Origin: an uncultured Candidatus Actinomarina sp.
GTDB taxonomy: Bacteria > Actinomycetota > Acidimicrobiia > Actinomarinales > Actinomarinaceae
NCBI GenBank assembly: GCA_902610815.1
Contig: CACLXG010000002.1
Span: 834 to 64,833, forward strand
Direction of reading: 5' to 3'
DNA: 64,000 nt
This document shows, one piece after another, positions 56,547 through 64,000 of the stretch (positions are counted from its first letter, which is position 1; each line of letters begins with the position of its first letter). Both the position numbers and the translations under genes were made by a program. The notes under the pieces were generated by a model. That model saw only the letters and a list, made by a program, of their open reading frames with translations. It searched no databases and was not told the DNA's origin.

Positions 56547-57983
56547 TTACACCCCGCTAATTTTTGATTTAAAAATTGAAAATGGCGTTAATAAGATTAT
56601 TTTTATATCTAAAAAAATGTTCCAATTTTCAATATATTCAAGATCATATTTATACCAAATTTTAAAATCATCTGTATTTCTCTCATTGATTTGAAGCAAA
56701 CCTGTTATTCCGGGCATAACATTTAACCTTCTAATATAATGCTCGTCATAATGTTGATTATCCTCCGGGAATAGAGGTCTGGGTCCTACAACTGACATTT
56801 CTCCTCGAAATACATTAATCAGTTGTGGGATTTCATCAATACTGTATTTTCTTAAAAAAGCTCCGCCTTTAAATATCCTTGGATCATTTTCAATTTTAAA
56901 TAATGGGCCACTATGAGTATTTAAATCTTCAAGTTCGTTTCTTTCTAAATGAGAGTCTTTTTTCATAGTTCTAAACTTATACATTCCAAAGTTTTTTCCA
57001 TGAAGTCCAACCCTGGTTTGTTTTATTAATGGAGGATTACCATCTTTTAAAATAATGTAAATAAACGTCAAAGCCCCAATAGGAATATAAATTAAGGAAA
57101 AGAAAATTAAACAAAAAAAGTCTAGGAGTCTTTTGGCTATATAATTTGAACCATACTGAATATCATTGTTTAAGTAAAAAATACTCTTGTTTGAAATCCT
57201 TTTGAATCTATATATCACACTTGAATTAAATTTAAAATTTGTATCAGAGATAATCATTACTTTTTTGTTTAGATTTATTAGGAATTTAGTGAACTCATCT
57301 GGAATCATATTTATGCCTGAAAAGTCGAAAACAATAATATTAATTTCATTTTTCTTATTCAAACTTTCTATTGTTCGCTTGTAAAAATCAAAATCATCAA
57401 TATTGCTAGTAAAGTTAGCAACTCCATTTCTTAATGACATGATTCTAAGCTCCCTAAAAACGGAATCATCCTTCAAGTTAAAGCAAATAAAGTTTTCTTT
57501 GGTAGGATTTCTTCCTAAAACTGTTGAGATAAATTCACTATTACGAAAAATTACAAGTATAAAAGGAATAATAAAAGTTAAAATTATAGTGTGTAGTCTT
57601 GATACTTCATCAAACCTAAGTAACTGTAAAAAACTTAAGAAGCTTGAAGTCCAAATTAAGTATATGGGCACAAATTCATCAAAAATGGTTTTGTTTGTAG
57701 TAAATGAGAGATCGTTTACATATGAATAAAATTTTGAAAGATACAAAATTACAAGAAAAGCAAAAACAAAGAAAGCCAAATAAATATCTATTTTAATAAA
57801 TTCATTGGTAATAAATGGATAGAATCTATCTCTATCTTCAAACAAATTTTCCTTAATTTTAACAAAACCTTCTGTATATCCACCTATAAGAAAGTTGTCA
57901 AAGTACCAAATTGTTACAAATGTTATTATTGTTTGAAGGCTTAAGAACCTTAAAAAATATTTTATTAAATTATTTAATTTCAT
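56547..57983 (-). CDS. polyprenyl-phosphate hexose-1-phosphate transferase (WbaP-like 'bacterial sugar transferase')
   Basis: N-terminal TM bundle. C-terminus KQTRVG..MYKFRTM, DPRI, DEIPQLINVFRGEMSVVGPRP. Confidence 0.85.
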   Translation of the reverse strand: MKLNNLIKYFLRFLSLQTIITFVTIWYFDNFLIGGYTEGFVKIKENLFEDRDRFYPFITNEFIKIDIYLAFFVFAFLVILYLSKFYSYVNDLSFTTNKTIFDEFVPIYLIWTSSFLSFLQLLRFDEVSRLHTIILTFIIPFILVIFRNSEFISTVLGRNPTKENFICFNLKDDSVFRELRIMSLRNGVANFTSNIDDFDFYKRTIESLNKKNEINIIVFDFSGINMIPDEFTKFLINLNKKVMIISDTNFKFNSSVIYRFKRISNKSIFYLNNDIQYGSNYIAKRLLDFFCLIFFSLIYIPIGALTFIYIILKDGNPPLIKQTRVGLHGKNFGMYKFRTMKKDSHLERNELEDLNTHSGPLFKIENDPRIFKGGAFLRKYSIDEIPQLINVFRGEMSVVGPRPLFPEDNQHYDEHYIRRLNVMPGITGLLQINERNTDDFKIWYKYDLEYIENWNIFLDIKIILLTPFSIFKSKISGV

Positions 57984-58060
57984 TATTCGTCATAATATTA
58001 ATTAAAAAAAATTCTATATGAACAAATTTCTTTCTTATATTAGAATAACGTAATAATTAC

Positions 58061-58135
58061 GGGGGCGTGGTGAAGTCTGGAGTTCACGCCTGCCTGTCAC
58101 GCAGGAGGTCGCGGGTTCGAATCCCGTCGTCCCCG
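58061..58135 (+). tRNA. tRNA-Asp (anticodon GUC)
   Basis: CCTGC-CTGTCAC-GCAGG anticodon arm and GCGGG-TTCGAAT-CCCGT T arm, matching the usual bacterial tRNA-Asp pattern. Confidence 0.9.
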
Positions 58136-58140
58136 CTGAA

Positions 58141-58213
58141 GGCCAGATAGCTCAGTCGGTAGAGCACTTGTCTGAAAAACAAGGGGTCGGCAGTTCGATT
58201 CTGCCTCTGGCCA
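58141..58213 (+). tRNA. tRNA-Phe (anticodon GAA)
   Basis: GGCCAGA/TCTGGCC acceptor, anticodon loop CTGAAAA, T arm GGCAG-TTCGATT-CTGCC. Confidence 0.9.
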
Positions 58214-58236
58214 CAAGTAAATTTCTTAATTTATTT

Positions 58237-58263
58237 AAATACTCCGACAAAACTCCGACAAAA
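58237..58263 (+). repeat. 27-bp direct repeat, copy 1 (two tandem ACTCCGACAAA units)
   Basis: aaatACTCCGACAAAACTCCGACAAAa, identical to 58600..58626. Confidence 0.85.
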
Positions 58264-58321
58264 TTGGGATTAAAAAGTTCAATTACTCAAAAGCTTTTTT
58301 TTGTTTTGTAAGTCTCTCTTT

Positions 58322-58570
58322 TTATTCTTTGGGTTGTAAGTGTTCTTCTATTTTTTTTAAAAGATCACCATTTTGTTCCAGACCATACAAGACTGAACCA
58401 TACCAATAATAAAAGAGTCCAATAAAACCTCCGAATACTACACCTCCAAATATGGAAGTAGTCATTGAACTTAAAGTTTCTTCCCAAAGAAAATACCACA
58501 TAGATACAAAACCTATTCCACCTAATAGCCAAGCAAGGCTTTTATATAAATTGCTACCATAATTTTTCAT
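58322..58570 (-). CDS. small two-TM membrane protein
   Basis: Start set at MKNYGS after AAAGGAGG. The track start at 58624 is a TTG inside the repeat. Confidence 0.45.
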   Translation of the reverse strand: MKNYGSNLYKSLAWLLGGIGFVSMWYFLWEETLSSMTTSIFGGVVFGGFIGLFYYWYGSVLYGLEQNGDLLKKIEEHLQPKE

Positions 58571-58599
58571 ATTCCTCCTTTTCATTAATATTCTAATAA

Positions 58600-58626
58600 A
58601 AATACTCCGACAAAACTCCGACAAAA
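58600..58626 (+). repeat. 27-bp direct repeat, copy 2
   Basis: Identical 27-mer located 363 bp from copy 1. Confidence 0.85.
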
Positions 58627-58695
58627 ACTCTCAAAATTTAATTGCTAGTATACAAATCAAATTATAAAAAAAATATAAGTTTAAAATATTTTTAG

Positions 58696-59505
58696 ATGGA
58701 AGAATCAATTAATTTACCAGAATTCCTATTTCCTTTTAAAACAAATAATCTAATACGTATTGGTGAATCTTCTGACGGCTCCTACCTTGTTGATGGCAAT
58801 TCAGTAAAAAGCACAGATATACTTTTATCAATAGGAGTAGGTACAATATTTGAGTTTGAAAAAAAGTTTCTAGAAATAAACCGAGTTCCTATATTGGCTT
58901 TTGATGGTTCAGCTGGTTTAAAACCTCAATTAAAAAAAATTAAGTGGAGAATCCGTCAAATAATTTATTTAAGGAATTTAAGCTACATAAAGGAATCAGT
59001 GCAACATTTTTTGGCCCCTCTAAGGTTTTATTTATTTTTTAAAAATTCTAGAAATTATAATTTAAATAAAAACTATAGAAGATTTATAAAAAAGTATGTA
59101 GGAAGTGAAAATTCATACATTTCAATTAAAGAAATATTAAATAAGTATATCTTTCCAGAAAATTTTAAAAATATATTTTTCCAAATTGATATTGAAGGTG
59201 GAGAGTATAAAATATTAGATGAAATAATTGAGGTTCAAGACTATATCTCAGGCCTTACAATTGAATTTCACGATATAACAAAACACCTTGCAGAGATTGA
59301 AAAATTCATATCAGAGTTTAATTTAACTCTTGTTCATACGCATATAAACAATATTGGAGGTATATCCAATGACAAATATCCTAATGTAATTGAATTATCT
59401 TTTGCACACTTTGATTCGAATGTTAAGGTTGATAAGTTGCCACATGTACTCGATAAGCCAAACTCAAACGAATTTTTTAAATACTCAATCAAAAGATTGA
59501 CTTAA
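58696..59505 (+). CDS. FkbM-family methyltransferase-like protein
   Basis: LLSIGVGTIFEFE (SAM-site-like) and FFQIDIEGGEYKIL, which resembles the FkbM IDIEG.E block. Confidence 0.5.
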   Translation: MEESINLPEFLFPFKTNNLIRIGESSDGSYLVDGNSVKSTDILLSIGVGTIFEFEKKFLEINRVPILAFDGSAGLKPQLKKIKWRIRQIIYLRNLSYIKESVQHFLAPLRFYLFFKNSRNYNLNKNYRRFIKKYVGSENSYISIKEILNKYIFPENFKNIFFQIDIEGGEYKILDEIIEVQDYISGLTIEFHDITKHLAEIEKFISEFNLTLVHTHINNIGGISNDKYPNVIELSFAHFDSNVKVDKLPHVLDKPNSNEFFKYSIKRLT

Positions 59506-59638
59506 TTTATTTTGTTACTTTAATTTTACGATTTTACGCATTGTCTTTCGATAACACGATATTAAGTATGTTAAATACGAATATAAATTCTAACGGAAGA
59601 ATTTATAATTAACTAATTTAAAAAATGTTACCCACCAT

Positions 59639-59680
59639 CTGAAGTGAAAGGATCGAAACATTGATTCTGCCTATTACCAC
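59639..59680 (+). other. decayed duplicate of the 3' half of tRNA-Phe (att-like remnant)
   Basis: Hand alignment to 58172..58214 gives 29/43 matches with one gap. This includes an exact GATTCTGCCT core and terminal CCAC. Confidence 0.4.
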
Positions 59681-59715
59681 TAATTAAACTATAAAAAAAC
59701 TGAGTTGAAAGATAC

Positions 59716-61431
59716 TTGTTAATGATAAAATTTATTATGAATACAAGCTCTTTTTTTTCAGATTTAAAATTTACATCTATTAAAAAAAATAAGTATTTCT
59801 ATTTTTTAATAATTTTTTACACTTTGTCGCTTTTTTATATGAAAGAAATAATTTTTCTTTCATATAACACTTCAGATAGTCCAGATTTTATGTTTTACTT
59901 TACTTTTCTAGAATTCAATTTTGGTGCGTTTAATCAACCCCAAAGTGAACAGGGATTTATTTTTTATGATCTACATTCTTATTATTTCTATTTAAGAAAT
60001 TTTAGTTTTACACCAGAAAGCTTTTTCATTTATATGTCTAAAAGTGTTCAGGAAATGAATTTTATATTATTTTTAATTGGATCGTTAGGTATTTATCAAT
60101 TACTTAAAATCTTTGAATACAATAAAATACAGATATTAACATCCGTAATTCTTATTAATTTTTTACCTATCAGTATTGCTCAAAGAATGGTTTTAAAGCC
60201 GGAAATTTTTGCTTATGCATTAATACCTTGGATAGTTTATGCATTAGAAAAATTCATAATTACAAAAAAGATAAAATATTTATTTATATCAATACCTTTT
60301 TTTGTTTCACTGGTCACTCAAAAAGGTTCTATTTTTGCTATGTTGTCAATATTTATTTTCATATTTTACTTTCCAAGAATTTATGCTCATATAAGCAAAA
60401 AAAATATGATATTCTTTTTTTTATTATTATCAATAACTCTTTCAACTTTAATAATGACAGTTGCCGAAAACAGTAATTTAAATAATAGAGGATTTTTTGA
60501 TTTACAAAGCGGTTCACAAACAGATGAAAAATATAACAATAAGGCAAATGTTGATTTAATTTATAAATTTAATCCAGAAAAGATGTTTTTTTATCCATAT
60601 AAACATCTGCATAATCAATCAGCAATTCATATTACTTTACTCGATTCTTTTGGTGACTATTTCGACCTGTATTGGGAGAATGATGCTTCTAATTTTTATA
60701 AATTGAGGCATGATTTATTTGTTTTTGAAAAATCTGATAATTTAAAATTACCTAAAGTAAATCTTGAAAAAAAAGAAATTAGCATATTTGTTCAAGATGA
60801 AAAACCAAATTACTATATAAGAAAAACAACTTCAGCGATAGTTGCATTAGTATTTTTTTCCTTTTTCTTTACATTTTTTCAAAAGTCTGACAAAAATAAA
60901 AAAAAGTTTTTTTTAATGCCATTTATTGGGTACATAACTCTCTTGATCCATGTGACTACAGGTTTCCCAGAAAACAATTTTGATCCAAAAATAGGTGATA
61001 CGTTAAAACCTTTATATTATTCATTCTTTATTATTATTGCTTTTTCATTCACAATATCAGAATTAGTTAAAAACAAACTAAGGAGCATACTAGCCCTTTT
61101 ATTGTTAGTTCCAGTTTTTCTATATATTTTCGGTTTTCCAAGACTTTCTGAAAATATTACATCATCAGACATACAACAAGTAAATTTATTTTCTGAATTT
61201 TGTAATGTAAATAATTTTATTTTTAATCTTGATATGAAAGACGATTGTAAAGTAGTTGAATTACAAAAAATAAATAATAAAAATTATAAAAATTATGAAA
61301 ATTTTACTAGAAAACCCAATTTTCATTTAGTTAATTTTTTATTAATAGTAACGAATCTAATTGGTGTAAGTTATTTACAAATTCATGAATTTAAATTCTC
61401 TTTTTTAAAAACTATAAAGAAAAGAATATAA
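59716..61431 (+). CDS. 571-aa polytopic membrane protein (ArnT/PMT-like glycosyltransferase is a guess)
   Basis: More than 10 TM segments in an extremely A+T-rich gene. The track start is TTG. Confidence 0.45.
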   Translation: MLMIKFIMNTSSFFSDLKFTSIKKNKYFYFLIIFYTLSLFYMKEIIFLSYNTSDSPDFMFYFTFLEFNFGAFNQPQSEQGFIFYDLHSYYFYLRNFSFTPESFFIYMSKSVQEMNFILFLIGSLGIYQLLKIFEYNKIQILTSVILINFLPISIAQRMVLKPEIFAYALIPWIVYALEKFIITKKIKYLFISIPFFVSLVTQKGSIFAMLSIFIFIFYFPRIYAHISKKNMIFFFLLLSITLSTLIMTVAENSNLNNRGFFDLQSGSQTDEKYNNKANVDLIYKFNPEKMFFYPYKHLHNQSAIHITLLDSFGDYFDLYWENDASNFYKLRHDLFVFEKSDNLKLPKVNLEKKEISIFVQDEKPNYYIRKTTSAIVALVFFSFFFTFFQKSDKNKKKFFLMPFIGYITLLIHVTTGFPENNFDPKIGDTLKPLYYSFFIIIAFSFTISELVKNKLRSILALLLLVPVFLYIFGFPRLSENITSSDIQQVNLFSEFCNVNNFIFNLDMKDDCKVVELQKINNKNYKNYENFTRKPNFHLVNFLLIVTNLIGVSYLQIHEFKFSFLKTIKKRI

Positions 61432-62930
61432 ATTATAAATATTGGCAAATAATTTGTAGAGTCACTGAAAATAAAATTTATCGACAATATAAAAATAAAA
61501 AATAACCTACCATTATTCCAAAAATTATTCGTTAAATATTTAACCATGACTAACAAAAATAAGAGTATCCCTAATAAGCCAAAAAATAAAAGTATAGAAG
61601 TTAAAAATAGATTTTGATTTAAAATTCTTTGAATATTGGACTCTACGTAAAGTTGATTAAAATTTAATGGACCACTACCTAAAATGAGTTCCAAAAAAGA
61701 TGGATTATATATTTCAAAAAAATATTTTATTAAATTAAATTTGTTTTGAGCAACAGATAAGAAACTTGAAAAATTTATTAACATAGAAAAAATAATTACT
61801 AAAGGCAAGTAGTCAATAGCTTCAAGTGACCTACTAATTAACAACTTATATAAGAAAATAATAATGAATAAAAATATAATTCTTTCATCAATTTTAAATA
61901 AATTAAAGAAATCGAAATAAATAATATTGTTTGTAATTTGTGTGTTAAAAAAATTAGTGACGAAGCTAATAAAATTAACTCTCCAGCCAAAAATGTTTAA
62001 AAATATTATTACTGAAATTACTGTAGAAAAGCTTTTCATAAATTTTTTGTATGAAAAAAAATTAATATTTTCTAAAACAAACTTGTAAGCACCAAGTATA
62101 AATAAAATAAAAAAAGTTGAATAAAAAAATATTGAGTAAAAATCATATGATGTGCTTGAAAATCCTGGATAAATATTTTTAGATAGAATATATGTATTTC
62201 GTGCATTTAAAGTCCAAAGACAATTTATTAACATATAAATCTTAAAAAATTTGTAATAATTTCTATTAAAACTCAAAGATTCAATACCTAAATAAACAAT
62301 AGGTATTGAAAGAATGTTTAAATTAGAATTAGAAACTATACCTGAAAAAAGCAATAAGTATGGAAGTAAATTAATCAAGTGATGCTTTTTACTTTTATAA
62401 ACTTCAATTAATAAAATTGAAATTAAAAATAAAAAAATAGAAATTAAAACATAAGTTCTGAATTTAAAAGGGTCTAGAAAATAAAAGTTTGTTACATAGA
62501 ACTTGCGATCAGAAAAAATCAAAAACGTAAATAGCAAACTTAAATAAGAAATCTTTATGTAGCTTGGTTTTAGTTTTAAATTTTTTATTGGTTTCTTGTT
62601 TCTTAGTAAAAAAACAAGAAAAAGTACATAGAATGATGAGCTCATTAAAAAATTTGTACCTACAAAAACTGTTTTACCATCTTTGATTTGTGACACTCTA
62701 CCGAAACATAGTATTGAAGAATAATCATCATTTACGAATTGAAAATTGGAAATTTCTCTATTATTGTAAATAAATTCAAATAACGAAATCTTGCATGGAT
62801 TAATTTCATAAAATGTGTAGTCTTCTGTTTTACTTGGAGGTTTCATATCATCAAAATAATTTGCATTAAACCATGGTGTAAGAACAAATAAAACTATTAA
62901 AACAAAATTTTTTGTTTTATTAAATTTCAT
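61383..62930 (-). CDS. 515-aa polytopic membrane protein, same architecture as 52786..54876
   Basis: N-terminal TM segment, a two-Cys ectodomain, then many TM segments. Preceded by the small paralogous gene. Confidence 0.45.
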   Translation of the reverse strand: MKFNKTKNFVLIVLFVLTPWFNANYFDDMKPPSKTEDYTFYEINPCKISLFEFIYNNREISNFQFVNDDYSSILCFGRVSQIKDGKTVFVGTNFLMSSSFYVLFLVFLLRNKKPIKNLKLKPSYIKISYLSLLFTFLIFSDRKFYVTNFYFLDPFKFRTYVLISIFLFLISILLIEVYKSKKHHLINLLPYLLLFSGIVSNSNLNILSIPIVYLGIESLSFNRNYYKFFKIYMLINCLWTLNARNTYILSKNIYPGFSSTSYDFYSIFFYSTFFILFILGAYKFVLENINFFSYKKFMKSFSTVISVIIFLNIFGWRVNFISFVTNFFNTQITNNIIYFDFFNLFKIDERIIFLFIIIFLYKLLISRSLEAIDYLPLVIIFSMLINFSSFLSVAQNKFNLIKYFFEIYNPSFLELILGSGPLNFNQLYVESNIQRILNQNLFLTSILLFFGLLGILLFLLVMVKYLTNNFWNNGRLFFIFILSINFIFSDSTNYLPIFIIYILFFIVFKKENLNS

Positions 62931-63222
62931 ATTTTAAACGTAAAAGATATTTTCTTTTCAAAACTGTCACAACTATTAAAACTAATAACAAATATTGAGA
63001 AAAATATTCAACATTCATACTTTCACTCCTGTTCCAGCCACCTAGCACATAGTGTTCACATTCTTCGTATGAATTAACCATTACTTCTCTATTAAATTTA
63101 TCAGTTAATTTTACAGATTTAAAGCTTGGGTCATTTTCAAATATAAAATTACCATTTGTATCAAAACTTATAAAGCTTTCTTCTGTTGATTTAACTCCGC
63201 ACAATTCTTTTACAGAAAACAT
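62920..63222 (-). CDS. small C-tail-anchored protein, paralog of 54873..55172
   Basis: ELCG...GNFIF...VMVNSYEECEHYVLGGW plus a C-terminal TM segment. 11-nt overlap with the downstream giant gene. Confidence 0.5.
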   Translation of the reverse strand: MFSVKELCGVKSTEESFISFDTNGNFIFENDPSFKSVKLTDKFNREVMVNSYEECEHYVLGGWNRSESMNVEYFSQYLLLVLIVVTVLKRKYLLRLKYEI

Positions 63223-63459
63223 ATATATGAGTATATTTAAGTATTATTAATAAACCTGCCAAAACTATATAACACGAAAATATTTATACAGAATAAGTTA
63301 AAGTTCTTTGGGTTAGCTCATATCTGAAAAACAATTGAGTGATATCATAAATGTTAACAACAGGAATATATTTATAAAAATTTTATTTAGAATCAAGTTT
63401 GAAAGAAATTAATTTAAGTGCAGAATAATACAAGATTAAATACGTCAAAATTTTTTTTA

Positions 63460-64000
63460 ATGGCAGTTTTTTCTTTATTATTGTTTTTTCAAATAAGCTA
63501 TTTTTATTTATTTATTTTTATAATATTTTTTACAAAAATATATAAGTTTATTGATGATCAAAAATCCTTTTTTTTAATTAATACAATTATTTTTTATTTA
63601 CTTAGGATGGTATTTTCTTTATCAAATAATTTTGATAGATTTTGGGATCAATTATCTTTATATAATTTTTCATACTCAAATATTCGGTTCTATGATTTAC
63701 AACAAAACCTAGTTTCTATGAAATGCATACGTGGAAATGTTGATGGGTATTACTATAAGTTTTCTTCAACTAGCTATGTTTCTTGTCCATTCTCAGCAAA
63801 GTACGGACCTCTTTCTACAAAAATTCCATTTTTTGGAGATATATGGATTGCAACTATTATCTTATCATTTTGTGCAATCATTACTTATTTGTATGTTTAT
63901 AAGCTTGTTTTAGATAGATCTGAAAATTATTTTTTTATTACTGCTTTATTTCTATCACCATCCTCAAATTTTTTGGTTGAAAGAATGAACATTGATATTT
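63460..64000 (+). CDS. membrane protein, 3' end beyond window (not in ORF track)
   Basis: Hand translation from ATG 63460 (or in-frame GTG 63418) gives 180 codons with no stop: MAVFSLLLFFQISYF...KCIRGNVDGYYYKFSSTSYVSCPF... It has a TM segment, a two-Cys loop and a further TM segment. Confidence 0.5.
   Translation, partial: MAVFSLLLFFQISYFYLFIFIIFFTKIYKFIDDQKSFFLINTIIFYLLRMVFSLSNNFDRFWDQLSLYNFSYSNIRFYDLQQNLVSMKCIRGNVDGYYYKFSSTSYVSCPFSAKYGPLSTKIPFFGDIWIATIILSFCAIITYLYVYKLVLDRSENYFFITALFLSPSSNFLVERMNIDI

Noticed and set aside
58214-64000. Prophage, integrative element or defence island downstream of tRNA-Asp/Phe.
   Set aside because: I recognised no integrase, transposase, nuclease, helicase or ATPase-type gene. 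The content is membrane proteins and a methyltransferase consistent with glycan biosynthesis. Only the att-like scar and the repeats are reported.

Overview
Gene-dense, A+T-rich bacterial chromosome segment with many 1-20 nt gene overlaps. I infer a streamlined low-GC marine actinobacterium (Actinomarinales-like), not proven. The inference rests on a WhiB-family regulator, the rpsF-ssb-rpsR-rplI-dnaB block, a type-II glutamine synthetase next to a GlnR-like regulator, and lipobox lipoproteins.

The window has three parts.

(1) About 1-30 kb holds housekeeping and accessory metabolism, dominated by nucleoside scavenging. It carries three IU-type nucleoside hydrolases, two PfkB kinases including ribokinase, two NP-I nucleoside phosphorylases, a deoxyribosyltransferase-like protein, a DUF2419/Qng1 queuosine-salvage homologue and a dedicated ECF importer (ecfA1, ecfA2, S component, ecfT).

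(2) About 30-50 kb is core: panB, ribosomal proteins and dnaB, an ispD-family gene, a CNNM/CorC transporter, whiB, an mrp-selA-selB operon, iscA, a GlnR-like gene with glnII, and argS.

(3) About 50.8-64 kb is a visibly more A+T-rich cell-envelope glycan island, broken up by four tRNA genes (Arg, Lys, Asp, Phe). It holds a WecB/TagA glycosyltransferase, a GT4, a WbaP-like priming transferase, an FkbM-like methyltransferase and several very large polytopic membrane proteins.

The most interesting signal is two similar small hairpin + A-tract + pseudoknot elements in the leaders of the two halves of the ECF operon. They have the architecture of class-I preQ1 riboswitches, and one carries a terminator/antiterminator platform. 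This points to a queuosine / 7-deazapurine-nucleoside salvage locus with an unusual enzyme complement.

Other notable items:
- a PRAI (TrpF) homologue lacking the catalytic Cys, inside a nucleoside cluster
- a decayed copy of the tRNA-Phe 3' half bounding a 1.5 kb islet
- a 27-bp direct repeat made of tandem 11-mers
- a duplicated 'small Cys-containing anchor protein + giant membrane protein' module

No rRNA, CRISPR array, transposase or integrase was recognised. All calls rest on reading the sequence and recalled family motifs; no searches were run.
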